Positions 10,209 through 24,437 of a stretch of DNA of 64,000 nucleotides are shown here, piece by piece. Below the pieces are notes generated by a model that was given only the letters and a program-made list of their open reading frames with translations, was not told the origin of the DNA and made no database searches. The stretch spans positions 310,001-374,000 of the forward strand of contig JBODTK010000154.1 of the NCBI GenBank assembly GCA_050613775.1. Direction: 5' to 3'. The stretch comes from Neocallimastix sp. 'constans' (Eukaryota). Within the stretch, counting starts at the first letter, position 1; every line of letters begins with the position of its first letter. The position numbers and the translations under genes are program-made.

Positions 10209-11224
10209 AAATATATTTAATATAAAATGTTAATTTGTATATTATTATTTTTGTTTCATGATAATAAATTTTGAAAGATAAATTATTATAAAATAATACT
10301 TAATATGATATTTAAAATATCGCTATTGAGAATGATTAAATAATCATTCTAGTTGTTAGAAATTATTAACATGAATCAAACCGCATAGGTCTGGATTCAT
10401 TATTATTCATTCGCTATGAGCTGAACTACTCGAATTTGATTAATATTTCAAAAATTTTAGCTTTAATGAAAAAGTATTTAATTGCAAAATTGTTTATCTG
10501 GTTATTTATTTATATAATAAATAATTAAATTATTTAATAATTTTATCTTATTTAATTAATAATTTTATTTGGTTCAAATCCGGAATGTCCCTATTAGTGA
10601 AATAAATAACCTGGTTTTATTTTATTAACTTAATTTACCTTTATTTTTTGTTATTAATTTATTTATTAATTTATTATTACTTAATAGTGTTTTTTATTCT
10701 TTTTTATTAAGAAATTTATAAATACTTAATTATTTAAAAATTAAATGTATTTGAATATTTTGTATAATAATTATTTTTACTTGAATAAATATATGAAATC
10801 ATAATAATATAATTAAATAAGTAATATAATAATACATAAATAAATTGAAAAAAGTAATCCCAATAATACTTCTCGAACCAGGTTTATATCAATTTTAATA
10901 ATAAAATTAATTAATATTAATTATTTTTAATAATATAAAAGAATTTTTAATTAAAATTTAAAATTTATATGTAAGAATGTTTAATTTTATTATCATTTCA
11001 GATTTAAAATGAATATTAATTGAAGAAAATAAAAAATATATGAGTCATTTTTAAAAATATATATAATTAATAATTTTTAAGGTGAATAATTTTAACATTA
11101 TTAATATTTTTAATTTAGAAAAAAACAAAAAAGTAATTATAGTAAAGAATCAATAATTTAAATTTATAATAAATTGAAGGTTACTAATTAATTCGTTACC
11201 ATTCCTTTATTGAAATGAAAATTC

Positions 11225-11503
11225 TGAGTGGCTAGAACTATGGCCATGAATTGAACTATTCGGTTCGACTCATTCGTAAACTAATTTTGTCTTACCAGTT
11301 TTAATCCTAGTAGTTAGTGCTTGGGACTAACACATACAAGGTTTCTGGATGAATCCCGAGACTATCTACTAAATTTATATGGGTGATTTTCATTCTCCCA
11401 GGAATTTTTCCATATAAATGAAATTGGTGTTCACTCATCATGAAGGCCCAATTGTCCTCCCCTCTCGTTAATCTCAGTCTAAAAAAAAAAAAAAAAAAAA
11501 AAA
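11225..11503 (+). mobile_element. Short poly(A)-tailed retroposon (SINE-like), family shared with 18690-19104
   Basis: A-box-like tggctagaactatgg, B-box-like ggttcgactc, shared aggtttctggat...aatttatatgg block, shared tail atgaagg.ccaattgtcctcccct...gttaatc.cagtct(A)n. Confidence 0.6.
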
Positions 11504-12422
11504 TATCTAGATACATTTAGATATTCAAATGTATTTAAATTTAAATTAATTCTTTTAATTTATTACATGAAATTTTAATTTTTAATTATTAAATTTTTTA
11601 ATATAATTATTTATTTTTTTAATATACATCGTTTTTTTTTAATTCTTTAACATCATTCAAATAAACTAATAAATTAATAATATTAAGAAAAAATATTTTT
11701 TTTAGATTAAATATTTTAATATATATATTAAAATATTTAATTTAGATAATTTTAATATTAATCTTTATAAAAGTTTATTTTGGAAATACATTTGAATATA
11801 TAGCAATACGAAACCAATATATACAACATTAGAACAATTAATAATATTATTTTTAAAAATAACAATACTATATATATTGTATTTTTTTTTAAAAATTTTT
11901 AGTTTGATTAAATATTTTTTATATTAAAATATAAGATAATAAAATGTACTACTTTATATTTTAGATTAATGCTATAATGGTTAATATAAATGCTTGGTAA
12001 ATATATGACCTCTATTGTTTTAACTATATTTATTTATTCAATGATTAAAAACACATGGAATAATTTACTGAAATTTCATTTAATTTAAATTTTATTTAAT
12101 CATCTTTAAAAAAAAATTTATACTAACATTTTTATTATACAAATTAGATGTATAATATTTTATAGTTACCTATTCAATTCACAAAAAAAATTTTTTTTAT
12201 AAATATTTATTTGATGCAAATATTATATGAAAGATTTTTAGGTAGAATTAAATCGTATCAATAATAAATATTCTTTTTTTAATAAATATTTAAAATATAA
12301 TTTTTTAAAAATATATAAGAATTTTATTTTTTATTTTATTATTATTATTATTTTTCTCAATTAAATTAATTTTTTTAATGTTTTAGATTTAATATTTATA
12401 AAGATGATTAATATTAATAAAT

Positions 12423-12470
<48 letters not shown>

Positions 12471-13901
12471 AAATAATAAAAACAAAAATAAAAATATAAT
12501 ATAATGTGACATTATTATAAAAGAAAAAAAAATCATAATATACAATATAATGTTAATGGATGTATCATGTTAAAAATTTATAATAGAAATTTTGGTGATT
12601 TATTATTATTATTTTTTTTAAAGATTTTTTACATAATTTAGTATTACCTAAGAAAAAATAATCATTTCTAAAAATATGATATTTTAGTATTAAAATTTAA
12701 AATTAAATAATATTAAAAAATTGATGTGGTACGAATTAAATGAATAAAATAATGAAAATATAAGTTCTGACATTAAACCAAAGAGTTTGAGTATATAAAA
12801 TCAGATATGAAAAGAAATACATATAATAAATGGGTTAAACCAAATGGTCTATCTTATTTGAAACATTACATATATTTTCTAAAATTATATCTTTAATAAT
12901 AATTAAAATTTATTTAAAACTTATAAATGAAATTAAATTTATAAAATTTTTTATTATATTTGTTTTAATAATTTCATTACTATTAAATATTTATTATTTA
13001 TTATTATTATTGCACCAGAGATTATATAGTCTTTGGTGGAATAATAATTTAATAATACTAAATTATTTTGAATTAAATGTACTATGAACAACTATCATAT
13101 GATATTATGAATTAATGATTGATCAATATAATTTTTCAAAATATTATATATATAAATATTTTAATTATATATTTATTAATCTAAAGTATAAATATTTTTA
13201 AGTTTAATTGATATAATAAATGATATTTGCAAAAGTTCAAATTCCCTATATATTGATTATATATTCCAAATTTAGAACCATAACTTTTATTAGTTTATAT
13301 ATTAAATAAAATTAACAAAATGGTTGTAATCCAAGTGTATAATTAAAATATAAATTTATATAATTATGAATATTAAATATTAAAATTTTATTTTTAATTA
13401 TGTAAATTAAATTCATTGTTTGAATAACTTTTTGATAATAATAAATAATGAAAATTGTTTTTAAATATATATATCAAATATATTAAAAATAATAACAATA
13501 AGAATAATAAGAATAGTCAAATAATAAGAATAATAAAACTTTAGACATATTGTACACTTTACCTTATTATCAATATTATTGGTACTAGTGTATATAATGT
13601 TTTACCTCAAAAATCTTATATAATAGAATAATATTTTTAAATACTTAAAATTGACCAGGTATAATCATTTCTAATAATATAAATTATTTAAATAAGATGA
13701 AAATTGATAATATAAGCAGTAATTGAAATAATTAGTTTATTTATTATAATACTATTTATCGAAAGATAGATATTATTAAATAAAAATATTAATCATACTA
13801 ACTTTTTAATTTATTAAATATATTTATTTAAATGAAATTTCCTTTAATTAAAAAAATATTTAATTATAAAAATAAAATAAAATAAAATTATTATTATATA
13901 T

Positions 13902-14502
13902 ATAACAATGAAATTGATTTTAATTTTAATTTTTAACTATAACAAACTTTAAAATTTAATAATAAATAAATATAAATGAATTTTTTTTTTTTAACCTTTT
14001 ATTTTTTATTTTAATGTGAAATAACATTACATAAAAAAATAAAAATATTTATAAAAGTGAAATTTATAACATAATATTTCATACATTTTACTATATAGAT
14101 TAATGGGATATAAAATTTTTATTACTTTTAGAAAAATTAAAAAAAAAAGATAAAAAAATAAAAAAAACGGCTTGTTTTTAAATATTTAAATTTAATAATT
14201 AATAGAATTACTTTTTATCCAATTTATTACTAAGAAATTGACCAAATTAATTAGTAAAAATTAATCTAATTTAAATTAAAATTTTAACTTTATATATTAT
14301 AATTATATTAACAGAATAATACTTTTCAAATGTAAATAGTTTTTATTTAAAATATAGTAGTAGAGCGAAACATAAAAAAAAAAAAATGAAACAAAATTAT
14401 AAATATTATTATATTGAAAGTTTTGAATCTATTAAATTTAATATGTTTATAATAAATAGTTACATAATATTTAATAAAATAATATAAATTTATACCACGA
14501 TT
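13902..14502 (+). repeat. Inverted duplication partner of 1-597; xylanase upstream region
   Basis: Reverse-complement identity to the window start. Confidence 0.92.
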
Positions 14503-14778
14503 TTTTTTTTTTTTTTTTTTAATTTATTTTTTTATTTTTTATCTTTAAAAAAAAAAGTATTTAAAGATTTAAAAATTTCTTCTCAATTACAAAATTAACA
14601 TTAACATTTTAATATATTTTTTTGCAATAAAAAATATTAAAAATTGTATTATATAAATTTATATTTCACTGGTTGAATATATATAGTACATATTGATTAT
14701 TGATTATTGATTAATTAATAACTTTCGAATAAATATTTATTTTTATTAAAAAAAAAAAAAAAGGAAAATTATTTGAAA

Positions 14779-15843
14779 ATGAAATTCCAACAAATTATTC
14801 CATTTGCTTTTTCTTTAGCTGCTTCTTTAGTTTCTGCTCAAAGTTTCTGTTCTAGTGCTCAACACTCAGGAACAAGTATTAAGGAAACCAACAATAAGGT
14901 AGGATCCATTGGTGGTATTGGATATGAATTATGGGCTGATGGTGGTAATAACAGTGCTACTTTCTACTCTGACGGTTCTTTCACTTGTTCATTCCAAGGT
15001 TCTAAGGATTACTTATGTCGTACCGGTCTTTCATTTGACAGTACTAAGCCACATTCACAAATTGGACACATGTATGCCGATTTCAAGCTTGTTAAACAAA
15101 ACATTTCCAATGTCGATTACTCTTATGTTGGTATTTATGGTTGGACTAGAAATCCACTTGTTGAATTTTACATTGTTGATAACTGGCTTAGTCAATATCG
15201 TCCAGGTGATTGGGTTGGTAATAAAAAACATGGAGACTATATGATTGATGGAGCTACTTACACTGTTTTTGAAAATGATCGTTTCGGACCATCTATTGAT
15301 GGAGATACTAACTTCAAACAATACTTCAGTATTCGTCAACAAGCTCGTGATTGTGGTACTATTGATATTACAGCACACTTTGAACAATGGGAAAAACTTG
15401 GTATGAGAATGGGCAATTTACATGAAGCTAAAGTATTAGGAGAAGCTGGTAGTAACGGAGCAGGTACTAGTGGTACAGCAGATTTCCCATATGCTAAAGT
15501 TTACATTGGACAAGGAAATGGAGGAGCCGGTAATGCTGGTAATGCTGCTGCTCCAGCTCCAGCTCCAGCTCCAGCTGCTAATGCTAATGCTAATGCTAAT
15601 GCTGGAAATAATGGAGATTGGAACAATTGGAACAACAACAATAATAATAACAATGGATGGAACAACTGGAACAACAACAATAACAATAATGGATGGAACA
15701 ACTGGAACAACAACAATAACAACAATGGATGGAACAACTGGAACAACAACAACAATAATGGATGGAACAACTGGAACAACAACAATAATAATGGATGGAA
15801 CAATTGGGGTAACAACAACAATGGCTGGCACAATTGGTACTAA
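14779..15843 (+). CDS. Secreted endo-1,4-beta-xylanase, GH11, with Ala/Pro linker and Trp/Asn repeat tail
   Basis: Signal peptide MKFQQIIPFAFSLAASLVSA; GH11 motifs YVGIYGWTRNPLVEFYIVD, GPSIDG..FKQYFSIR, HFEQWEKLG, EAKVLGEAG; no introns. Confidence 0.95.
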   Translation: MKFQQIIPFAFSLAASLVSAQSFCSSAQHSGTSIKETNNKVGSIGGIGYELWADGGNNSATFYSDGSFTCSFQGSKDYLCRTGLSFDSTKPHSQIGHMYADFKLVKQNISNVDYSYVGIYGWTRNPLVEFYIVDNWLSQYRPGDWVGNKKHGDYMIDGATYTVFENDRFGPSIDGDTNFKQYFSIRQQARDCGTIDITAHFEQWEKLGMRMGNLHEAKVLGEAGSNGAGTSGTADFPYAKVYIGQGNGGAGNAGNAAAPAPAPAPAANANANANAGNNGDWNNWNNNNNNNNGWNNWNNNNNNNGWNNWNNNNNNNGWNNWNNNNNNGWNNWNNNNNNGWNNWGNNNNGWHNWY

Positions 15844-16534
15844 GCAAATCAGTTTAAGTGCTGTATTGTTTATTAATATGTGAATAAATATTTTTAATTA
15901 AGCATTAATTTTTTGATGTAAAAAATTTTCCATAATTTAAAAAAAAAAAAAAAAAAAACATAAAAATTTTAATAAATATATTAAAATTTTATAAAGTTAT
16001 TACAGAAGCTATTTTTCAAAAAGAAAAAAAAGTAAAAATGTAATAAATTAGTAATAAATTATTATAAAAATCACAATTATTTTAAAATTTGTATAAAATA
16101 AATAATAAAAATGTAATAAAAAAAGTAATAATTATATATGAAGTTAAATTGAATTAATAATTATTGAGCATTAAATATTTTATATATTCAATAATATTAA
16201 TTAGTGTATTAAAATAATAAGAATATTAATATTTTTATTTTATTTAAGAGTCTATTTTTTATTGTATTGCATTATTTAAAAACATACATATTATTATTTT
16301 TAATACAATTATTATATTGATTACAATAATCATTATAAATATAAGCTATTGAATTGTTATTAGAGGAAGTTTTTGTGAATAATAATTGTAAATTCTAATA
16401 ATGAAAATGTTTAAAAAATAATTTTTTTATTTTAAATAATAAGAATTCATAAATATATATATTTCAATCAATAATTATAACATATTAATCTATCATTTTA
16501 TTTATTAATTTGATTTATTTTTATTATTAATTTT

Positions 16535-16567
<33 letters not shown>

Positions 16568-16789
16568 AAAACATATATGGATATAAAAATATATTTATAT
16601 AATATAAAGTAATATAAATATTTAATTTGTCTTTTTTAAAAAAAGAATTATATATTATTAATATTATTTATATGTTATAAAATAATAATAATAATATTAA
16701 AATTATTACATTAAATCTTTTCATTAAAATATTAAAATAAAAAAATATTTTTGAAAGAAAAGTTAATATTCAACATAGAATATTCTTAA

Positions 16790-16963
16790 AATAATAATTT
16801 CACTCTCTTTAAACACCTACTTAAATAAGCCTTTTTTCAGGTAAAGTCTTACTAGATTAAACTTGCCTAAGGATTGGAACATGTCAACACCGAAACTGTA
16901 AGGCGATACGTAATTGATCATTTTTATAATTATCAATTATGTAGAGCCTCTTTAATTTTCCTG

Positions 16964-17000
<37 letters not shown>
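16790..17000 (+). mobile_element. Possible truncated retroposon ending gtct(A)n
   Basis: Higher-GC island ending cctgtct + poly(A), like those at 11480, 19080 and 63629. Confidence 0.3.
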
Positions 17001-17004
<4 letters not shown>

Positions 17005-17974
17005 TAAAAAAAGAAATATGAAAAAAAAATATATATTAAAAATCTTTAGAGCTATCATTAAAGTGTATTATTTGATATTACAATAGAAAAAGACAAATTT
17101 ACAATTAATTACGTTAAATAGTTAAATAGTCATTTACTCCAAAAACTATGTATATACAATATATTATGGATGTAATTTATTTGATTTAGTTAAGATATAT
17201 CATTATACTATGATTATTTTAAATATAATATTACATTGATAAAAGTTTTATAAAAAAATAATAGTTAATGTAATATTATATTTAAAATAATCAAACTTTT
17301 ATCAATTTTATTTTATTCAAATTATTATAAAATTCTTTCCATTATTAATATTAATATATTTAATAAAAAATATTATTAATATGTATAAATATAATTAATA
17401 ATAAGTAAATCAATTGAAGCGTATTTTCTGTTTTTTCTTAATGTTAAATGAATTTGAAGTTGTTATAGAAATAATAAAAAAATTTCATAATAAATAATAT
17501 TAATAATATAGACACCCTTTTTTTCAAAATAAGTTTTTAATAATTGTTTTTCATTCTAAACAAGTTTTATTTAATTTTTATTTCTTTATAAAATAGTTCT
17601 TTCTCTATATACCTTTATTATTTAAATTAAATATTATATTTTATATTGTAATTTAAAAATAACATATGTTAATAAAAATAACAAAAAAAGGAATAAAAAT
17701 TAAATATTTAGTATCATAAACAGAAATCAATATGACATTTTAAACCTGGGAAATAGAGCAATTCAACTTTTCAAAAATATATTTTATAATTAATATAACA
17801 GTAACAGAATTATTTAATTAATTTATATTTAAAATTAAAAATTTTATATATTATAAAATAAATTAAAAAAAAAAAATTTTTTTAAGAAAATTGATTAGTT
17901 TAAATATATAATAGGTTAAAAGTAAAAAATAAATAAATAAATAAATAAATAAATTAATAATTACTAATAAATAA

Positions 17975-18167
<193 letters not shown>

Positions 18168-18689
18168 GTAATTTTAATTAAAATTTTATTCTTTTTAATA
18201 AATATATATTTTTATTTTTAGAATAGAAACTATATACTAATGACTTTTATTAAAAAAAATACATAAAATGTCAAAAAAGGTTTATCATTATTTAATAGAT
18301 AAATAGATATAAAAAAAAAAAAATTGAATAAAAAAAAAACAAATATATTAAAAAATTATTAATTATTTAATTATTAAATTTCATTTCTTATTAAACATAA
18401 TTTAAAATTTAATCAATATAATTTTTAAAAATAGATAATAATTTATCTATTATAATTACTTTTCTTATTTAGGTTATATGGAAAAAGTTTAACTCTTAAC
18501 AAGTATATATATATATGAAATAATTATTAATGTTAGATATATTTAATTAACTTTCCTTTAATAATAACTTTTTATTATTCATAACTATTTTATCTAGTAT
18601 TTCTATTTTTTGTTTTTGTATTAAGAAATTTTTGATATTAAAATTTAATAAGACTTTATAATTTATATAAATATATTATTATATACATT

Positions 18690-19104
18690 TAGGTTTCTGG
18701 ATCGACCTCTTGAATTTATATGGTACAATTTTTTCATCTTCCCAAGATGTTTTTCCCTATAAATGAAGTTGGATATTGATGTTAGCTCTCCATAATAAGT
18801 ATTCCTGTTGCTAGACTATATAACTACTAGTGCAGAGAGCACTTAATTTCTGAAAGGATTAATGTGCTTGTTCTTTACTCAATGATGGCTCAAAAGATGA
18901 CTGAAACGAAGCACATTGTATAAAGCGGCTGAAAGCGACGTATAGAGAATATCTTCCATATTAGCCTTACTTAGAACGATTGTTCGAGTCAACGCATGGC
19001 AAAGAATCAAATGAGAGCTTGATACGTTTAAGGCAGATAATGAAGGTCCAATTGTCCTCCCCTTTTGTTAATCCCAGTCTCCAAAAAAAAAAAAAAAAAA
19101 AAAA
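18690..19104 (+). mobile_element. Second copy of the short poly(A)-tailed retroposon family
   Basis: Homologous to 11339-11480 at both ends, with ~240 bp extra internally. Confidence 0.6.
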
Positions 19105-21520
19105 CATATATATATATATATATATTTTTTTTTTGTTTTAATCTTAATCTTATTTTTTTTTTAAAAAAAAATATTTTTATAATAAATATGTAAATAATAA
19201 CGATATTTTTAATAACAAAAAAATATATATATATTTTTATATTTCTATAATTTTAATATTTATATAATATTAAATATAATACTTTTAATTATAAAATATT
19301 TTTTTATTAATATTTTTATTTTATATTATATTATAGTATTAATTTTATTATTAATATTATTATATTGTTATTATTATTAATATATATTTATTGCATTATT
19401 GTTTAATAAAATAATATATTATGCATCATATATTTGATTATATTACTTTATATAATAAATACTTTTTATTTTGAATAACTTAACCATAATACATCGTCAA
19501 ATATTATTGGATTAGAAAAATAATTATTACAAATTTAAGGTTTTTAAAGTTTTTCGCAATTTTTCATCTTCATTTGCAATTTAAAGTTTTTAAGGTTTTA
19601 TTAAAAATAAATACTTTAAATTACTAATGAAATTATATATAATAGTATATTGTAATATACTGTATGAAATTTAAATGTACTATATTTATTATGAAAATAT
19701 ATATTTAACTAAAATATTTATATTGAAAATTTTATAAACTAAAAATTATAAAAATTACATTATTATAATATATTATAATAAACTATTCAGATTATTAATA
19801 GCTAAATAAATAATAAAATAAAATTAATAATAATAAATAATAAATAATAAATAGTAATATAGTAAAGTAAATATCAATAATTGTGGAGTATTTTTTTTTT
19901 AAAGTATCCAAAAATATTAAAAATATTTTATATAATATTCTTTGGAAAGTATATTTTTTGGTAAATTTTAATAATAATATTTATTATTACTTTTAGCTTT
20001 AAAACTGTCAAAATTTGAAGAACTTTTCAATAATATTTAATCATTTATTATAAATTGATAATAAATTTAATACACAAATAAACGTTAATAAATAGCTATT
20101 AAATTTCATTATAATAAATATATAATAAACTAAGTTGAAATAATTTATATTACATATAAAATGATTTATTTAATTTATGAAAATAAAATATATTAGAATG
20201 TATTAATAAAAAAGAAAATAATGATAAAATAATAATGAATGAAAATTTATTTAAAGTATCTTGTTATAATTATAATTAACTTTAATATCTAGTTTAAAAA
20301 AATTGAAGCATTTTCAAAATTATTATAAATAAGCGAAAATTTTCTTAGTTTAAAACTTTTTATTTTTCTCTTTTTTAATTTTAATTATTGAAATATTTAA
20401 TAAAGATAAATTTTTAATATATTTTTTATATTATATAATATAGATATTTTAGATATCTTTTTTTACTATCAAAAGATTGAAAATTATATTATATATATAT
20501 ATTATAAATTTCATTAAAAAATTAGTAAATATTTATTTTTCATTAAATGAAAGTATAATCAAATTTTAAAGCAATAAAAGTATTCAAATTTAAGGAAAAA
20601 AATGTATTGTTCAAATTTTATTAAAATATGTATATATTTTTTTTAAATAAACTATATGTATTAATGTAATAATTAAGTTCAGTTATTTTGTATTAAAAAA
20701 ATTACAGTTAGTATTTAAATGTGAGGGAAAAAAAAATTCAATGTTCAAATTATATTAAAAGAGTTTTTTTTAAATTAAACTATATAAAATGTAATAATTA
20801 ATTCCAGTTATTTATATTTAATTACAAATGAATTACAGTTCATTAATAAAAGAAAAAAAGGACACATATCATTTGTTCCAAATATTACTAGAAAGATTTA
20901 CTAAAAAAAATAATAAATATATTTTATATTATAACAGATAGTATATATTTAATATGCATATGATAATAAATATATTAAAAATATATAGAAAAAATTCTAA
21001 TATATTCATAACCCAATAATAAGTTTTTAATATATTTAAAAAACTATAAAACAATTGGCTGAAAATTATATATTGGGTATATATAATATAATATGTATTA
21101 TTCCATATAATATTTAGAAAAAATATTGATAGAATAAATGGAAATAAGATCTTTTATTTCTATATATTATATAAATTAAATATAAAAGTATAGTATAATA
21201 ATATATATTTATATTATCAATATATTCAATTTTTATAACTTTAAATATATAAGCTTTTTTTTTTTTTTTTTATTGTTTATAAAATTATAATAATTAAAAA
21301 AATAAAACAAAATAATATAAATACCTGTATTTTTTTTTTTTTTTTTTTTTTTTAATTGTTAATTTTTTTGATTAATGTATTTTGATGATATTTTAAGTTT
21401 TATTGATAATAAAAAGAAAATATAAGAAATAAAAAAAATATATATATTGTATTAATTTAATTTAAAAAAAAAAGAAGAAAAATTGTAAAGATTCAGGAAA
21501 AAAAAATAAATAATTGTAAA

Positions 21521-22958
21521 ATGAAATCAATTTATAAATATTTATTATTATTATTATATATTATTCAATTAGTAGCTTCTCATGGAAGTAAGTATAAATT
21601 TTAAATTTTTCATTTAAAATATATGATATTTGATGTAGGAACGAATGAGTTAATAATACATTTTTATTTAATATAATAGTTGACCATTTAGAAGAAGATG
21701 AAGATCATGATCATGATCATGAAGAAGAAGAGGAGGAGGAAAGAGAATATGGAATTTATGTCACAATTATAGGTATTGTTTCAGTATTAATTTGTTCATT
21801 AATAGGAACTGTTCTTCCAGTGCTATTAAAAAACAAGTAAGTGTTCTATTAATAATTTAACAATAAAAATTTTTTTGATTATTAATTGTAAAAATAATTT
21901 ACCGTTATTAATTAATGTATTTTTTATAAATATAAAATTTTAATTTAAAAAATTATAATAAAAATAATGAAAGGTCTTTCTTCAAAGAAGATACAATTCT
22001 TTTCGGAAGTGTTAAATTATTTGGTACTGGTGTTATTTTAGGTGTAGCATTTATTCATATGTTATCACCTGCTAATGAATTATTAACAAGCAAATATACA
22101 TATGAACTTTTTAACGAAAAATATACTTCATTTGCTGGTGCATTTGCCATTATTGGTATTCTTATAACACATTTTGTTCAAGTTTATGCTAGCCATTTCT
22201 TAGAAGATAAGCATAATCATGACCATCTTCATGTTCATAGTTCATCAGAATGTAGTAATAAAGTTTTAAAACATGAAAAAAGTGAAATTATCAAATTAGA
22301 AGAAGGTGATATTACTAATAATGAAGATTCTTATTCTTCAGATGAAACAGCAAGAGATTCAAAAGATAGTAATACAAATGGTAAACAGTGGCACGAAAAG
22401 AATAATAAGGTATCATTAGTACCTGCGGTTGATAACTGTGCTGCTAATCAACATGAAATTTTACATTTAATGGAAAGAAAAGAGAGACAATTAGTATGTT
22501 ACTTATTAGAAATTGGTATTTCATTTCATTCTGTTTTAATTGGTATCGCCTTTGGTTTAGAATCTCATGGATTAGTTGTTTTAATGATTGCTTTAATGTT
22601 TCATCAATTCTTCGAAGGTGTGTCTCTTTCATCAGTATTTATTGAAGCCCATTTCAAACATATTGGTTCAATTATATTTATGATTATATTATATAGTTGT
22701 ACTATGCCATTTGGTGGAGTAATTGGTTTAATTCTTCGTTCTTCCCTTGAACCAACAAGTAAAATTTATATTACACTTCAAGGTATTATTGATTCAATGG
22801 CTGCTGGTGTTCTTATTTATGATATTTTAGTTAATATTTTATCTCGTCATTGTACTTCATGTACTTGGAAGAATACTAATCTTATTGGAAAAAATATTCA
22901 ACTCTTTTCATTCTACATAGGTCTTTTCATAATTGCTTTAATTGGTGTTTGGGCTTAA
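21521..22958 (+). CDS. ZIP (ZRT/IRT-like) zinc/iron transporter; exons 21521-21587, 21680-21836, 21974-22958
   Basis: GT-AG introns give one open frame; signal peptide, His/acidic N-terminus, FGTGVILGVAFIHM, LEIGISFHSVLIG, FHQFFEG, HNHDHLHVH loop. Confidence 0.92.
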
Positions 22959-23242
22959 ATAATTAATAGCAATATAAATATAATAATTTTTTTTTAAAAA
23001 AAAAAAAAAAAATTGTTATTTACAAAAAGATATTTAAAAAAAAAAGATTTTTTATTATTTTTTTTTGCAAAAAGAAAAAAAAAATTTTTTAGAGAAAGCA
23101 GAAAAAAGTAAAAAAGAAAATTAGAAAAAGAAGTAATTTTTTATTTCAGTTTAAATTATTTTAACTTATTAATTTATTTATTAAGATATTTATGAAAAAA
23201 ATTTTTTTTTATTTTCATAAGTTTATTTATTTATTTAAATAT

Positions 23243-23277
<35 letters not shown>

Positions 23278-23288
23278 ATTATTTATAA

Positions 23289-23319
<31 letters not shown>

Positions 23320-23418
23320 TTTAAAGATAGTTATTAAGGGAATAATTTAAAAAGTAGTTTATTTTCAAAATAATATTTTAAGAAGTATACCCAATTTGAT
23401 ATGTTTTTTTTTTTTTTT

Positions 23419-23463
<45 letters not shown>

Positions 23464-23804
23464 TGTAGATATATATTTATATGATATATATAAATAATAA
23501 CTATCTTTTTTTTTTTTTTTAAGAAAAAAAAAAAATAAATAATATTTACATAAGAATTTTTTTATTTATTAATATTTATTATCAATTATAAATTAAAAAA
23601 TAATATATATAAAATAAATATGGTTTTATCTATTTTATTTCTGGTTTTCTTATTTTATGTTATTTTATTTTATTTTATTTTTTATTTTTATTTTTTTTTT
23701 TTTATTCTAATTTATTTATATTGTGCGTATGACATCCGAAATAATTCATGTATTCAAAATTTAAATAAAATTAAATATATATATATATAAAATAATAATT
23801 ATAG

Positions 23805-23811
23805 TAATAAC

Positions 23812-23842
<31 letters not shown>

Positions 23843-24050
23843 TAAAACTAACAATAAAAATAAAGATAAAAATAATAATAAAAATAAAAATAAAAATAAA
23901 AATAAAAATAAAAATAAAAATAAAAATAAAAATAAAAATAAAAATAAAAATAAAAATAAAAATAAAAATAAAAATAAAAATAAAAATAAAAATAAAAATA
24001 AAAATAAAAATAAAAATAAAAATAAAAATAAAAATAAAAATAAAAATAAA

Positions 24051-24116
<66 letters not shown>
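23805..24116. repeat. (AAAAAT)n and (AAT)n simple repeats
   Basis: Direct reading. Confidence 0.95.
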
Positions 24117-24363
24117 TGTTAACGTATGTTAATTTTATTAATATAAAGTTATAGTCTAGCTTAAGTTTAATAAAATATTAAATTAAATTATATTAAATAT
24201 ATTGTAATTACAAATTAAAATATAAATTAGTATGTATCTAGAACAAGCCACAATTAAATATAAAAACATGTAATTTTATCTGTACTTTAAATCTTTGTTA
24301 ACCATTTATATAACACTTGCGTTATATATCTAATTATTAATAAATAAATATTAAACAATAATA

Positions 24364-24378
24364 GATTAAGAGTCTCAG
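24364..24378 (+). promoter_or_regulatory. PBS complementary to the tRNA-Lys(CUU) anticodon arm
   Basis: gattaagagtctcag; reverse complement ctgagactCTTaatc. Confidence 0.75.
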
Positions 24379-24437
24379 TACTCTATAATAAATTACAAAG
24401 CTTTAAATTTAAAAATCGATTTTAACAAAGTATTAAG

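Noticed and set aside
10571..10581. Isolated B box ggttcaaatcc
   Set aside because: No A box or cloverleaf nearby that I could support.
15436..15883. Overlapping alternative and antisense ORFs on the xylanase tail
   Set aside because: Shadows of the repeat sequence.
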